Shown here: positions 29,101-38,667 of the stretch, in pieces
How the letters are laid out: every line of letters starts with the position of its first letter
Position numbering within the stretch: position 1 is the first letter of the stretch
Assembly (NCBI GenBank): GCA_944320495.1
Contig: CALUHR010000013.1
Location: forward strand, 128,001-192,000
Direction of reading: 5' to 3'
DNA from: Candidatus Methanomethylophilaceae archaeon
GTDB taxonomy: Archaea > Thermoplasmatota > Thermoplasmata > Methanomassiliicoccales > Methanomethylophilaceae
DNA length: 64,000 nt
Program-made: the position numbers and the translations under genes
The notes under the pieces: generated by a model
What the model was told of the DNA's origin: nothing
The model's input: the letters and a program-made list of their open reading frames with translations, nothing else
Databases searched by the model: none

Positions 29101-31725
29101 GCGGACGGTGGTCTCGGAGTAGAGCACGTAGTCGCCGTAGACGTCGCTGTACTGGTAGACGGAGACGGTGGCTCCGGAGACGGCCTCGCCGGAGGACTGC
29201 TGGACCTGTCCCGTCAGGACGGTCGCGTCCTCGGAGACGCCGGTGTACTCGAGCATGACGTAGCAGGCGAGGTAGTTGATGGTGCCTCCCTCGTTCTCCT
29301 GCTTCTCCATGGCCTCCCAGCCGTCCATGTACTCCCAGCCGTCGGTGGTGCTGTCGGCATCGTCCTCGGCGTTGTACATGACGAGCCAGTCGGTGACGGT
29401 GAATCCGGCGAGCCCGTATCCGGGGATCGCCTTGACGGTGCCGTCGCTATAGGCGAGCGCGGAGAGGTAGCTGTTGGAGCTGCTGAATCCGGCGTCGGCG
29501 GCGGAGGGCCCGATCATGGCCTTCCAGAGGAAGGTGTCGTACATGGCGGAGGTGTACACGGTGTTTCCGTAGTACGTGTTGTAGGAGTAGAACTGGGTCG
29601 CGGCTCCGTAGCCGTCGACGTTGTATCCGGCGAAGTAGCCGATGGTGGAGAAGCTGTCTCCGTCGCCGTAGGAGAGCGGGAGCATGGAGCCGTCCAGGAG
29701 GACATATCCGATGCGGTCGCCGCTGGCGTCGCAGACGGCCTCGTACGCGTCGCAGATCTCCTTCTCGTCCATTCCGGAGAGGATGACGTTCATGCTGGCG
29801 AGGTACACGGCGTTCTCGTCGGTGATGTCGGACCTGACGCTTCCGTAGGTCTCGGGGTCGGCCTCGATGTCGGCCCTGGCGGTGGAGGGGTCGGCCACGT
29901 ACGCCCTGATGGCGTCGTAGACGGCGGTGTCCATGCATGCGGAGAAGTCCATGCCGTCGTTGGACATGATGATGCGGAGCATCATCGCGGCGACCGCTCC
30001 TGCGGACCCGTCGGCGAGGTAGACGTGCGAGGAGGCGGTCGTGCCATTGCCGAGGGTGTCGTTGACGTTCTCGAAGCCTCCCTGGGAGACAGAGTCGTAG
30101 ACGTTGTCGATCCAGGAAACGAGGGCGCCGTCCTTGGGGGCGTCCTCCCAGTTGTCCCAGATGTCCCCGACGGGGTAGGAGTCTCCGGTGGCGATGGTGA
30201 AGTTGGTGTTGCCGGTGTAGAAGTGGTCGCCCTCGGTGTTGGAGGGGGATCCCGCATCGACCGCGAAGCTGACGTTCGGAACGATGACCAGGCAGACCAC
30301 GACGATGACGGATGCGAAGGGGAGGGGCTTGATGAGCTTCCTGAAGCAGCCAGGGAACCCGGCGGCCCTGATGTTGGAGGCCCAGTCCCTGAGCTTGGCG
30401 GCCCTGAGGACCTTGACGATGACGGCTCCGGCGCCGACGCCGAAGACGCAGGCGACCACGGCGGCGTTGTCGTAGCTGGTCCAGGTCGCGAAGAACATCA
30501 CGAACAGCCAGACGACCATGAGGAGCTGGGTCGCGGAGTGGTCCCTCCTGAAGTAGACGTAGCTCTCGTAGAGGGCCAGGCAGATCGGGAGCCACATGGT
30601 CAGCCAGCCGTAGTAGGCGGCGACGTTGGACATGGACACGCGGTCGCTGACCAGCTGGTCCATGGTGCCCGCGTAGGGCGAGTTCCCGAAGATGAAGTCG
30701 TCGAACATCTCGGGCGCGGCGACCGCGAGGGCGACGCAGAGCACGAGGAACACGACGACGAGTGCGGGGATGGTGGCGACCCAGGGCTTGGACCTGAGCG
30801 CCATGAACACGAGCGTGAACACGACGGAGACGACGGCGACGAACAGCGATCCGGAGTAGACCGTGTCCATCAGGCCGGCGGGGACGTAGTACGCGGCGGG
30901 GATGAGGGCGCCGACGAGGATCGCGACGCAGTACCCGAGCGTGATGCCCGTGAAGTCCTTGCCCCTTATGCGGGAGGCCACGGCCTGGAGGACCATGGCG
31001 ACCGCGAGCATGACGATCACGATGCGGAACCCGTTCCAGGTCAGCGCGGAGAGCATCACGAAGACGCCGGCGATGAGACCGTAGAGCAGGACGCCCTTCT
31101 TGGCGGAAGCATCGGCGTCGGCGGCCTTGACCATCCTGATGAGGAAGTACACGGCGAAGGCCACCAGGAAGGCGGCCAGGGCGTACTCGTTACCGCTGGA
31201 GAACACGGAAGTGCTAATCGGGAGGGCCATGAAGGCCAGGACGAGCGCCGCTACGACACCTATCGTCTTGTCGAACAGCTCCTTGCCGATCATGTACACG
31301 GGGATGCAGAGGAGTGCCCCGAAGATGGGGTTCAGCACCGCCAGTGCGAACGATGCGGCCTCGGTGGTTCCCATGGAGCCCTGGAAGACCGAGGCGACGC
31401 CGGCCGCCAGGAAGTCCATGAGCGGGGGGACGTACAGGGAACCGCCGACGGGGTAGTTGACGGACATGTCCGTCATCGACCATGAGCCGGCGAGGATGCT
31501 TTCAATCACATGCAGGTGATACTGTGCACTCGAACCCCCGGACAGGGCAAAGTTCCCATCCGCGGAGACGCCGTAGGCCATCACGAAACGCAGCAGGAAC
31601 GCCACGACGACGATGACCGCCAGTGCGAGTACACACCAGTGGCCTCTAAGCCACCCGTTGCCGCTTCTATCGCGGTCGGCCCCCTTCTCAGCGGGGGCGG
31701 CTGACTCTTTTCCGAATTTGCGCAT
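26122..31725 (-). CDS. AglB/STT3-like membrane protein with degenerate catalytic motifs, about 1000 aa of carboxypeptidase-regulatory/Ig-like repeats and C-terminal TM
   Basis: Multi-TM N-terminus with NYPVGG...PPL; SWIDNV at the WWDYG position; repeated beta-sandwich units. Confidence 0.8.
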   Translation of the reverse strand: MRKFGKESAAPAEKGADRDRSGNGWLRGHWCVLALAVIVVVAFLLRFVMAYGVSADGNFALSGGSSAQYHLHVIESILAGSWSMTDMSVNYPVGGSLYVPPLMDFLAAGVASVFQGSMGTTEAASFALAVLNPIFGALLCIPVYMIGKELFDKTIGVVAALVLAFMALPISTSVFSSGNEYALAAFLVAFAVYFLIRMVKAADADASAKKGVLLYGLIAGVFVMLSALTWNGFRIVIVMLAVAMVLQAVASRIRGKDFTGITLGYCVAILVGALIPAAYYVPAGLMDTVYSGSLFVAVVSVVFTLVFMALRSKPWVATIPALVVVFLVLCVALAVAAPEMFDDFIFGNSPYAGTMDQLVSDRVSMSNVAAYYGWLTMWLPICLALYESYVYFRRDHSATQLLMVVWLFVMFFATWTSYDNAAVVACVFGVGAGAVIVKVLRAAKLRDWASNIRAAGFPGCFRKLIKPLPFASVIVVVCLVIVPNVSFAVDAGSPSNTEGDHFYTGNTNFTIATGDSYPVGDIWDNWEDAPKDGALVSWIDNVYDSVSQGGFENVNDTLGNGTTASSHVYLADGSAGAVAAMMLRIIMSNDGMDFSACMDTAVYDAIRAYVADPSTARADIEADPETYGSVRSDITDENAVYLASMNVILSGMDEKEICDAYEAVCDASGDRIGYVLLDGSMLPLSYGDGDSFSTIGYFAGYNVDGYGAATQFYSYNTYYGNTVYTSAMYDTFLWKAMIGPSAADAGFSSSNSYLSALAYSDGTVKAIPGYGLAGFTVTDWLVMYNAEDDADSTTDGWEYMDGWEAMEKQENEGGTINYLACYVMLEYTGVSEDATVLTGQVQQSSGEAVSGATVSVYQYSDVYGDYVLYSETTVRDGAYSALVPDGDYRVDISIGDVLVDSFTSSAVQQVTVIPDAVATGEVQVNGEIYDAEDMMLTLSGGAEPEDVEIQITGGQIVIENVLPGTYSYILYGADGTSLGSGSVTIHPGDTTGIVITPTTKKITATVEDVYDNVIDGSAYDEAPVVIATNTVTGAQFKTAIGEDGKAEIDVIPGKYTVSLGNGLVSMTSSVQNASSSNRSVTMTAYESRTVSIDNAPEGVALAVYAGEFSTVSDVENGTFDVPVSIATDAMSYSVYGVSGTTVYHAVYTGGDSVTLQSGQYSKVTGTLKDGEDGVSGTVVFYDENGFTVKATTDEDGAFTAFVPAGTYTINAYNSGDRVYIGSASVSGTSTELGDLDTVDGRRISATLRYDSATGDGNVNLPFVKGMITYTYQEREYQVVSMTNTSGVAYYYIPDGIEAVVSFNNADGTLENDSFACESMTQDVSSGSSNTTRTVTIQYVGYTDDQKNVVKQQSVTLDYDAELDFYEGDETISMEAGVAQELCPGEYEITIDGASGYYFSGTVYLYPGQTEFVGLDVVEVVTANIQKNESDAISIQTEGSYHSFDGGYYLEVGHEYYISSTNRSDASDVKIAYGYVDLTGDSREAVTLDMKATQSVMEVTGYVGINADGTITVESGDVKRQFDVTDGAFTLRLPADMSDVTATVEVSATVASVEHWFSATEDLVNMTDGCIRNISVLSSDAPADDSEEDEPAFEVAIDRAEFADGRATVQFTVTNNGEKAMSYAVSAGSAWSLDRGVTVTVPAGESVQATVTGYYDAATVAPGLDGVDLIVSDINGTDTVTEAITENSAPATGSEGMDILYAGDEGAANDRISASQYMYAVTFVNKDVYAKNVQIGFGHIDGWYVTLVDADGTLVAESGAEVTIYGLQTVTYYIALMQMGADPDEDGNVASSPVQGITVTISGDASSTKALEPQEISVTVDDSGVSGGDAIDERSGIPSGVWFLVAVIILMIIAAFWLASKRGVFARR

Positions 31726-31860
31726 TCTAATAAGTCTCCGTCTCTTTAGAATGGCCGTTCATACAGGAACCTCTATAAAAAGGGCACCCTGGGTCATTTT
31801 ATTATAATAAGAACGCGCGCGCACCCACACACGATACGCGCGATTGGGTTTGACCGCCCG

Positions 31861-32514
31861 TCAGAGCACGGTGCGTATGTCCTCGGCGAAGGCCTGCGCT
31901 GCCCCGCGGGGGTCCTCCGCGCCGTAGATCGAACGGCCCACGATGGCGTAGTCGGCTCCGGCCGCGATGGCGTCCGAGGCCTTCCCGCCCTGGGCGCCGA
32001 CGCCGGGGGAGAGGATCTTCCTGTCCGGTCCCGCGACTGCGCGGATCGCCCTTATCCTGTCAGGCCTGGTGGCGGGGGCGATGAACCCGTCGGCCCCGCA
32101 CTCGACGCCCATCCTCGCCATCTCCTCCGCATGCTTCGCAGTGAAGCATAGCGCACCGGGGTGGCTCATCTCGGTGACGGCGTAGATCTCCGCGTCGCCG
32201 GACGCCTCCACGGCGGCCCTGAGGGAGTCGTCTCCGGTGAATGCGTGGACGATGACCGCCGACGCGCCCCTGGAGACCGCGTTCTCGACGATGAGGCGGA
32301 CGGTGTTCGGGATGTCGGCGACCTTGAAGTCGCATATGACGTCGGTCAGGTCCGCCAGCCTGGTGATCATCTGCGGGCCCTCGGAGAGCACCAGGGGCCA
32401 GTTGATCTTGACGGCGTCCACGACGTCCGCCACTGCCTCGGCCACCGCCATGGCCTTGTCGCCGTCTGTCTCATCCAGTGCCAGCACCAGTCTGCTCTCG
32501 CGCCTCATGAGCAT
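31861..32514 (-). CDS. pyrF: Orotidine-5'-phosphate decarboxylase
   Basis: LVLALD, DFKVADIPNT, SPGVGAQGG, IVGRSIY. Confidence 0.97.
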   Translation of the reverse strand: MLMRRESRLVLALDETDGDKAMAVAEAVADVVDAVKINWPLVLSEGPQMITRLADLTDVICDFKVADIPNTVRLIVENAVSRGASAVIVHAFTGDDSLRAAVEASGDAEIYAVTEMSHPGALCFTAKHAEEMARMGVECGADGFIAPATRPDRIRAIRAVAGPDRKILSPGVGAQGGKASDAIAAGADYAIVGRSIYGAEDPRGAAQAFAEDIRTVL

Positions 32515-32573
32515 CCGGACCTCCCGAAGCAATATAAGGGCATCGAGACGTGGCAGTCGTCATGCTCAGGAGG

Positions 32574-33608
32574 ATGGAGTGCGGATCCGCGCGCTGCGGC
32601 AAGGTGTCCGAGGGATGCGTCAGATGCATCGAGGGGTCCAAGATGGTCCTGCTCGTTACGGGGAGATGCGGCTGGAACTGCTACTACTGCCCCGTGTCCC
32701 TGGAGAAGAAGGGGCTCGACGTCATCTACGCCAACGAGGGGCGCGTCACCACCGACGAGGAGGTCATCGCCGAGGCCGAGGCCATGGACGCCCGCGGCAC
32801 CGGCATCACCGGCGGGGACCCGCTCGCGGTGATGGACAGGACGCTCCACTTCATACACCTCCTGAAGGACCGCTTCGGCCCGGACCATCACATCCACCTG
32901 TACACGGCGACCATGGACCCCGAGAAGTCGAGGGCGCTGGAGGAGGCCGGCCTCGACGAGCTGCGCATCCATCCTCCGGAGGACGTGTGGACCCGTATGG
33001 CCGACACCCGCCTCGCGGAGGTCGTCTCCGCGGTCCGCATCCCCGTGGGCATCGAGGTCCCCGCGCTCCCCCGCAGGGAGGCGGAGCTCCGCGCGATGAT
33101 CGAATATGCCAGATCTGTCGGGGTGGCCTTCGTCAACCTCAACGAGCTCGAGTTCTCCGAGAGCAACTGGGACATGATGAACGCCTACGGCTACGCTGTC
33201 AGGGACGACGTCTCCTCGGCCGTCGCCGGCTCCGAGGAGACCGCCATGGCCGTCATGAAGAAGGTGAGGGGGATCGACATCCACTTCTGCTCCTCGTCCT
33301 TCAAGGACGGGATCCAGCTCCGCAGGAGGCTCATACGCAGGGCGCTCAACACATGCCCGAAGTACCAGCAGGTCACAGAGGACGGCACCATCGTCCGCGG
33401 ATTCGTGAAGGGGGACCCCATCGAGGTCTCCGCCAGGCTCGCCGAGCTCGGCGTGCCTGACGATCTGATGTGCGCCGGGGAGGACCGCGTCGAGGTGGCG
33501 CCGTGGGTCCTCGAGGAGGTCTGCGGCGGCCTCGGGTTCAAGGCCTGGCTGTCCGAGCAGTACCCGACGGCCGACGGCCTCGAGGTCGAGAGGACCCCTC
33601 TGAACCGA
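32574..33608 (+). CDS. Archaeal radical SAM protein (COG2108-like); ends at CGA 33606-33608 (standard-code end 33626)
   Basis: GRCGWNCYYCP, TGGDPL, LDELRIHP, NLNELEFSE; AGGAGG before ATG 32574. Confidence 0.85.
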
Positions 33609-33634
33609 AAGAGCCAGATGATGTGAGAATGGCA

Positions 33635-33662
33635 CCCCGCACCCTCCCGTGGGGGTGCGGGG
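33635..33662. terminator. Hairpin between convergent genes
   Basis: CCCCGCACCC ... GGGTGCGGGG 10-bp inverted repeat. Confidence 0.5.
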
Positions 33663-33697
33663 GCGATGGAAATCGTTTGGCGTCCCGCAAGGGACGA

Positions 33698-34126
33698 TCA
33701 CTCGACGCTGAGGCTCTGGATGTCGTGATGCCTGTTCACGATGTCCCTGGCCAGACGCAGGTTCTTGCCCGCCTTGCCGATCGCGCGACCCTTCAGCTTG
33801 GGGTCGACGGTCACCGTGGCATGGGTGATGTTCCCGCGCTGCTCAATCACGACCTTCTGGGGGCCGTAGATGTGGAAGACGTTCATCACGAACTGCTCCG
33901 GGTCCTCGGAGTACTCGACGACCTGGATGTTCTTCCCGGTCAGCTCCTTGAGCTTGATGACATGCTCGCCCTTCTTCCCGACCGCGATGTTGGCCTTGCC
34001 CTTCTCGACGATGAACACGAGCTTGTCCTCGGTGTCCATGCAGTCGATGGCGCTGGTCTTGGTCACGGTCTCGAAGAGGGAGATGTACCTCAGCGTGTCC
34101 TCTGTAAGCACGATGTCGGCGGGCAT
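33698..34126 (-). CDS. nusA: Archaeal NusA
   Basis: YISLFE, AVGKKG, VVEYSED, RAIGKAGKNL; position in rpo operon. Confidence 0.95.
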   Translation of the reverse strand: MPADIVLTEDTLRYISLFETVTKTSAIDCMDTEDKLVFIVEKGKANIAVGKKGEHVIKLKELTGKNIQVVEYSEDPEQFVMNVFHIYGPQKVVIEQRGNITHATVTVDPKLKGRAIGKAGKNLRLARDIVNRHHDIQSLSVE

Positions 34127-34131
34127 TCTGA

Positions 34132-34419
34132 TCACAGCGTAAGGATGTTGGAGCTGCCCTTGTCGATGACGACCAGAGCGGAGACGGAGAACGGCTTTCC
34201 GCACAGGGCGCCGAGCTCCATGTTGTTTCCGTCGAACACGTGGACCTTCACACCGATGTCGCCGGTGAGCTCCTTGCAGGGGCAGTTCCTGGCCAGGACG
34301 ACCATCTGGGCGTTCCCGTTCTTGACGGCCTTGAGGGTCTGGTCGACCCCGAACTCCACCTTTCCGGTGGTGATGGCGGATTTCAGCGCCCTGCTAATAT
34401 CGATCTTCTCGTCACTCAT
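34132..34419 (-). CDS. rpl30e: 50S ribosomal protein L30e
   Basis: [18 protein letters not shown]. Confidence 0.96.
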   Translation of the reverse strand: MSDEKIDISRALKSAITTGKVEFGVDQTLKAVKNGNAQMVVLARNCPCKELTGDIGVKVHVFDGNNMELGALCGKPFSVSALVVIDKGSSNILTL

Positions 34420-35861
34420 ATCTTGTCATCCCCGTTCTTCTTCTTGGGTGTGTAAATCAGGTTTACAGCGCCGGTACCGAGGGTGACCGGCTGTCCGACG
34501 ATGATGTTCTCGGTGACTCCCTCCAGGGGGTCGGTCTCGCCCACCATCGCGGCGTGCAGCAGATGCGCTGCGGTGATCTCGAAGGCCGCCCTTGCGAGCA
34601 CGGAGGACTTCTTTCCGGAGACTCCGTGCCTTCCGATGGCCTTCACGTATCCGTCGTTCGTCATGAGGTCGGCGACCAGCATGATGTGCCTTATGTCGAC
34701 GTCCAGACCGGCCTCCCCGAGGGTGCCCATGGCCTCATGGATGATCGAGTTCCTGGCGGCCTCGATACCCAGGACGTCGGCGACCTCCAGGATGCTGTTC
34801 GTCATGACGTTGTCCGCGTCGACGCCCTCCACCTTGAGCACCTCCTTGAGGTTGCTGCCCTCGGTGATGATCTTCCAGGTGCCCTCCGTCTTGGACAGGA
34901 TGGCCCTGGTGATGCCGTCGATCCCCTTGATCTTGGCATTCTTGATGGCGTCGAACATCAGCTGAAGCTTCTTGTAGGACGGTTCGTCCGAGGTCACGAC
35001 GATCTCGAACCCGTCCTTCTGGACCATTCCCTTGACCGCCTTCACCTTGCCGAGCCTCTCGACGATGTCGTCCTCGGTGATGCCCTTGGCCTCCATCTTG
35101 CGGGGCTCGGGCACGATGATGAGCCTCATGTTGGTGATGTCGGTCTCCACGCGGGCGACGTCCAGCAGGGTCGTGATCTCGATGTTGGAGGCCACGAACT
35201 TGGCGACCATCTCGTCCTCCGCGGCGGTGCCGATGAGGGGGATGTTCATGGACGGCGTGGAGGGTATGCGCCTGGCGTCGACGATCTCGATCAGCCTGGG
35301 CAGACCCTGGGTGACGTTCACGTTCGCGACTCCCGCGTAGTGGAAGGTACGCATGTTCATCTGCGTACCCGGCTCTCCGATGGAGTGCGCGGCCATGACT
35401 CCCGCCGACTCGTTCTGGTCCATCTTGTGCCTGACGTACATCTCGTTGGCGCGTCTGAGCAGCGCCTCGCACTTGTCGTCGGGCAGGTCGGCGTTCTTGA
35501 TGCGGGCGGCGATGTCGACGACGACCTTCAGCGGAAGCTCGATGCCGAGCCTGTCCCTCATCTCCTTGAGCCTGGTCTCGCCCTCGTTGAGGACGTACTC
35601 CTTGACGACCTCCTCCATGGGGGCGACTGGCTCGATCTCCTCGACCTCCTTCTTCGCCTTGGACGGCGCGGAGGCCTTCCTCTTGCCGATCTTGGCGAGA
35701 ACGGAAGCCGCCTCCTCCTCCATCAGACCGAGGTTGACGAGCTCCGCCTCGCCGGCGTTGGCGATGGCGGTGAGCGAGGTGTACTTGGTGAGCAGCAGCG
35801 CGGTGGTCTCCTCGGAGATCCCCCTGCTGGTCAGAGCCTTGATGGTGTCCTTCCTTGCCAT
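34416..35861 (-). CDS. rpoA2: RNA polymerase subunit A'' with N-terminal extension
   Basis: [44 protein letters not shown]. Confidence 0.96.
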   Translation of the reverse strand: MARKDTIKALTSRGISEETTALLLTKYTSLTAIANAGEAELVNLGLMEEEAASVLAKIGKRKASAPSKAKKEVEEIEPVAPMEEVVKEYVLNEGETRLKEMRDRLGIELPLKVVVDIAARIKNADLPDDKCEALLRRANEMYVRHKMDQNESAGVMAAHSIGEPGTQMNMRTFHYAGVANVNVTQGLPRLIEIVDARRIPSTPSMNIPLIGTAAEDEMVAKFVASNIEITTLLDVARVETDITNMRLIIVPEPRKMEAKGITEDDIVERLGKVKAVKGMVQKDGFEIVVTSDEPSYKKLQLMFDAIKNAKIKGIDGITRAILSKTEGTWKIITEGSNLKEVLKVEGVDADNVMTNSILEVADVLGIEAARNSIIHEAMGTLGEAGLDVDIRHIMLVADLMTNDGYVKAIGRHGVSGKKSSVLARAAFEITAAHLLHAAMVGETDPLEGVTENIIVGQPVTLGTGAVNLIYTPKKKNGDDKI

Positions 35862-35862
35862 A

Positions 35863-38667
35863 TCACTCGCCTCCTCCCTCGTAGTCGAAGTCCATGTCGT
35901 CCTCGGACTCCTCGGACTCCTCCTCGATGTACTCCATCTCGTCCTTCTCCAGGGATCCGTAGTCCCCTCCGACATCCTTGGTGTCGAGGTGGAGCAGACC
36001 CTCGTAGTCGTCTCCGAGGACCTCGGAGAACAGGTCGTCGAGGTCGATCGCCTTTCCGCGCACGGCCTTGGACGGGTCGACCCCGTCCTCTCCGTAGTAG
36101 AACTGGACGATCGTGCCGGCGGTGTTCCTGACGGTTCCGTCGGCGGTGAGCTTCAGGTCCTCCAGCGCGGAGACGAGACGCCTCTGCATGTATCCGGACC
36201 TGGACGTACGGACGGCGGTATCGACCAGTCCCTCCCTGCCTCCCATGGCGTGGAAGAAGAACTCGGTCGGGGACAGTCCGGACTTGTAGGAGTTGGAGCA
36301 GAATCCCCTGGCGTAGGCGCCGAGGTCCCCCCTCTCGAAGTGGGGCAGGGTCCTGTTCCAGTATCCTCTGGAGAGCCTCTCTCCACGGACGGCCTGCTGA
36401 CCGACGCAACCGGCCATCTGGGACAGGTTGAGCATCGATCCGCGGGCTCCGGCCTTGGCCATGATGACCGCGGGGTTGGACATTCCCAGGTGCTTACCGG
36501 CGATCTTACCGGCTCCGTCACGGGCGTCTCCCAGGACCTTCATGACACTGACCTCCAGGGTCTCCCTGAGGGACCTTCCGGGCATCTGCTCGAGGGTGCC
36601 GTCGCGGTACGAGTCGACCAGCTCGGTCACCTTGTCGATGCAGTCCTGGGTGTTGTTGGCGATCTGCAGCGCCGCCTCCTCGGGTATGTCCTCGTCGCCG
36701 ATTCCGGTGCTGAACCCGTGGTTCATGATGGATCCGAGGGCGAGCCTCGTGACCTGGTTGATGAACTGGGCGGCGCGGTCGGCGCCGTAGCCCCTGGCGA
36801 TGCGGTCCAGGATCTTACCCTTGCTGTTCCCGATCCCCTTGACGTCGATGGTTCCGCACAGCAGCTTGCCGTCCCTGATCTTGACGTACGCGTCGAACTC
36901 GCACTGGTCCTTCTTGCAGACGGAGCAGTTCTGGCAGATGTTCGCCTTGAAGGTGGTGTTGAAGTCGTCCGGGAGGACGGTGGAGAACAGCTGCTTCCCG
37001 GTCCAGTAGTGCTCGCCGGTCTTCTCGTCGATGAACGGCTCGGGCATCTCGATGTCCCCGAGCTTGAACATGATGTTGGAGGCCTCGGCGGCGCCGAACC
37101 TGGGGTTGTTGTGCGTGAGGAAGTACGCCCCGGTGATGTGGTCGTGGATGGCACCGATTATGGGTCCTCCGTACCTGGGTGAGAGGATGTTCTCCTGGAC
37201 CAGCATGAGGATGCGCGCCTCGGCGCGGGCCTCGTCGGACTGGAGCACGTGGAGGTTCATCTCGTCGCCGTCGAAGTCGGCGTTGTACGGCGGGCAGTCG
37301 CACAGGTTGAACCTGAAGGTGCGTCCGGGCATGATCCTGACGCGGTGTCCCATGATGGACATCCTGTGCAGCGAAGGCTGCCTGTTGAACAGGACGATGT
37401 CGCCGTCCACGAGCTGCCTCTCGACCACGTAGTCGACCTCGATGCCCTCGGCCACGTCGGCCGCGTTCTTCTCGGTGACCCTGATCCTCCTGCCGTCGGA
37501 ACGGATGACGTAGTTGACGCCGGGGACGTAGGGGTTGTCCGGGAGCGGTCCGGGGCCGCGGGCCACGAACTCGCGCATCCTGTCGATGTTGTGGGCGTTG
37601 ACGTGCACGGGCACGGTCAGCTCCCTGGCCGCGATGACCGGCACGCCGACCTCGTTGATCGAGAGCAGGGGGTCGGGCGAGATGACGGTACGGGCGCTGA
37701 AGTTGACACGCTTTCCGGACAGGTTGGACCTGAAGCGTCCCTCCTTGCCCTTGAGCCTCTGGGCCAGCGTCTTGAGCGGGCGGCCGGACCTGTGCCTCGC
37801 GGGCGGGATGCCGGAGGTCTGGTTGTCGAAGTAGGTGGTGACGTGGTACTGGAGCAGCTCCCACAGGTCCTCGACGATCAGCTGCGGCGCACCGGCGTCA
37901 CGGTTCTCCCTGAGCCTCTGGTTGATCCTCAGGACGTCGACCAGCTTGTGGGTCAGGTCGTCCTCGGACCTGTCTCCGGAGTCGAGGGTGATGGACGGCC
38001 TCACGGTGACCGGCGGGACCGCCAGGGCGGTGAGGACCATCCACTCGGGCCTGCAGGTCTCGGGGTCGATGCCCAGGGCCCTGAGGTCGTCGTCGGGGAT
38101 GCGCTCGAGCCTCTCGCGGACCTCCTTGGCGGTCAGCTTGTGGTTGTCGTTGACCTCCCTGAAGGTGGTGGGCTTGTCGAGCTTGATCTTGATCTGCTCG
38201 GCGCCGCAGTAGGGGCAGATGCCCTTTCCGGACGCGTCCTTGGCGGTCTCCTTGGAGTAGTTCTTGAACTCGACGGTGTCCCCGCCGAACTCCTCCATCC
38301 TCTCCATGCTGTCCATGCGGGCCCTGATCTGCTCCTCGGAGAGCATCAGCCTGCCGCATTTGCAGCAGGTCGACTCCAGGAGCATCTTGATGTCCTTGAT
38401 GAACCCGACGTGGATGACCGGCATGGCCAGGTCGATGTGCCCGAAGTGTCCGGGGCACTCGTCGACCTTGCATCCGCAGGTCTTGCAGCGGAGACCGGGC
38501 TCGATGACTCCCATGTGGGGGTCCATGAGTCCCATCTCGATCGGGTATCCCTCGTCATCGTAGGTGTCCGCGGTGATGATCTTCGTCGCGGACATCCTCC
38601 TGATCTCGTCGGGCGAGACGCAGGAGAATTTGATGGATCCGATCCTCTTCGTGATTCCTGCTGTCAT
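35863..38667 (-). CDS. rpoA1: RNA polymerase subunit A'
   Basis: [41 protein letters not shown]. Confidence 0.98.
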   Translation of the reverse strand: MTAGITKRIGSIKFSCVSPDEIRRMSATKIITADTYDDEGYPIEMGLMDPHMGVIEPGLRCKTCGCKVDECPGHFGHIDLAMPVIHVGFIKDIKMLLESTCCKCGRLMLSEEQIRARMDSMERMEEFGGDTVEFKNYSKETAKDASGKGICPYCGAEQIKIKLDKPTTFREVNDNHKLTAKEVRERLERIPDDDLRALGIDPETCRPEWMVLTALAVPPVTVRPSITLDSGDRSEDDLTHKLVDVLRINQRLRENRDAGAPQLIVEDLWELLQYHVTTYFDNQTSGIPPARHRSGRPLKTLAQRLKGKEGRFRSNLSGKRVNFSARTVISPDPLLSINEVGVPVIAARELTVPVHVNAHNIDRMREFVARGPGPLPDNPYVPGVNYVIRSDGRRIRVTEKNAADVAEGIEVDYVVERQLVDGDIVLFNRQPSLHRMSIMGHRVRIMPGRTFRFNLCDCPPYNADFDGDEMNLHVLQSDEARAEARILMLVQENILSPRYGGPIIGAIHDHITGAYFLTHNNPRFGAAEASNIMFKLGDIEMPEPFIDEKTGEHYWTGKQLFSTVLPDDFNTTFKANICQNCSVCKKDQCEFDAYVKIRDGKLLCGTIDVKGIGNSKGKILDRIARGYGADRAAQFINQVTRLALGSIMNHGFSTGIGDEDIPEEAALQIANNTQDCIDKVTELVDSYRDGTLEQMPGRSLRETLEVSVMKVLGDARDGAGKIAGKHLGMSNPAVIMAKAGARGSMLNLSQMAGCVGQQAVRGERLSRGYWNRTLPHFERGDLGAYARGFCSNSYKSGLSPTEFFFHAMGGREGLVDTAVRTSRSGYMQRRLVSALEDLKLTADGTVRNTAGTIVQFYYGEDGVDPSKAVRGKAIDLDDLFSEVLGDDYEGLLHLDTKDVGGDYGSLEKDEMEYIEEESEESEDDMDFDYEGGGE

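Noticed and set aside
26512-31485. Very long antisense or alternate-frame ORFs (26512-31485, 38748-42329, 43765-45579, 23057-25291 and others)
   Set aside because: Shadows of high-GC3 genes; low-complexity translations without motifs
32574-33608. Host radical SAM gene as part of a novel pathway
   Set aside because: Looks like the widespread archaeal COG2108-type protein in a housekeeping context
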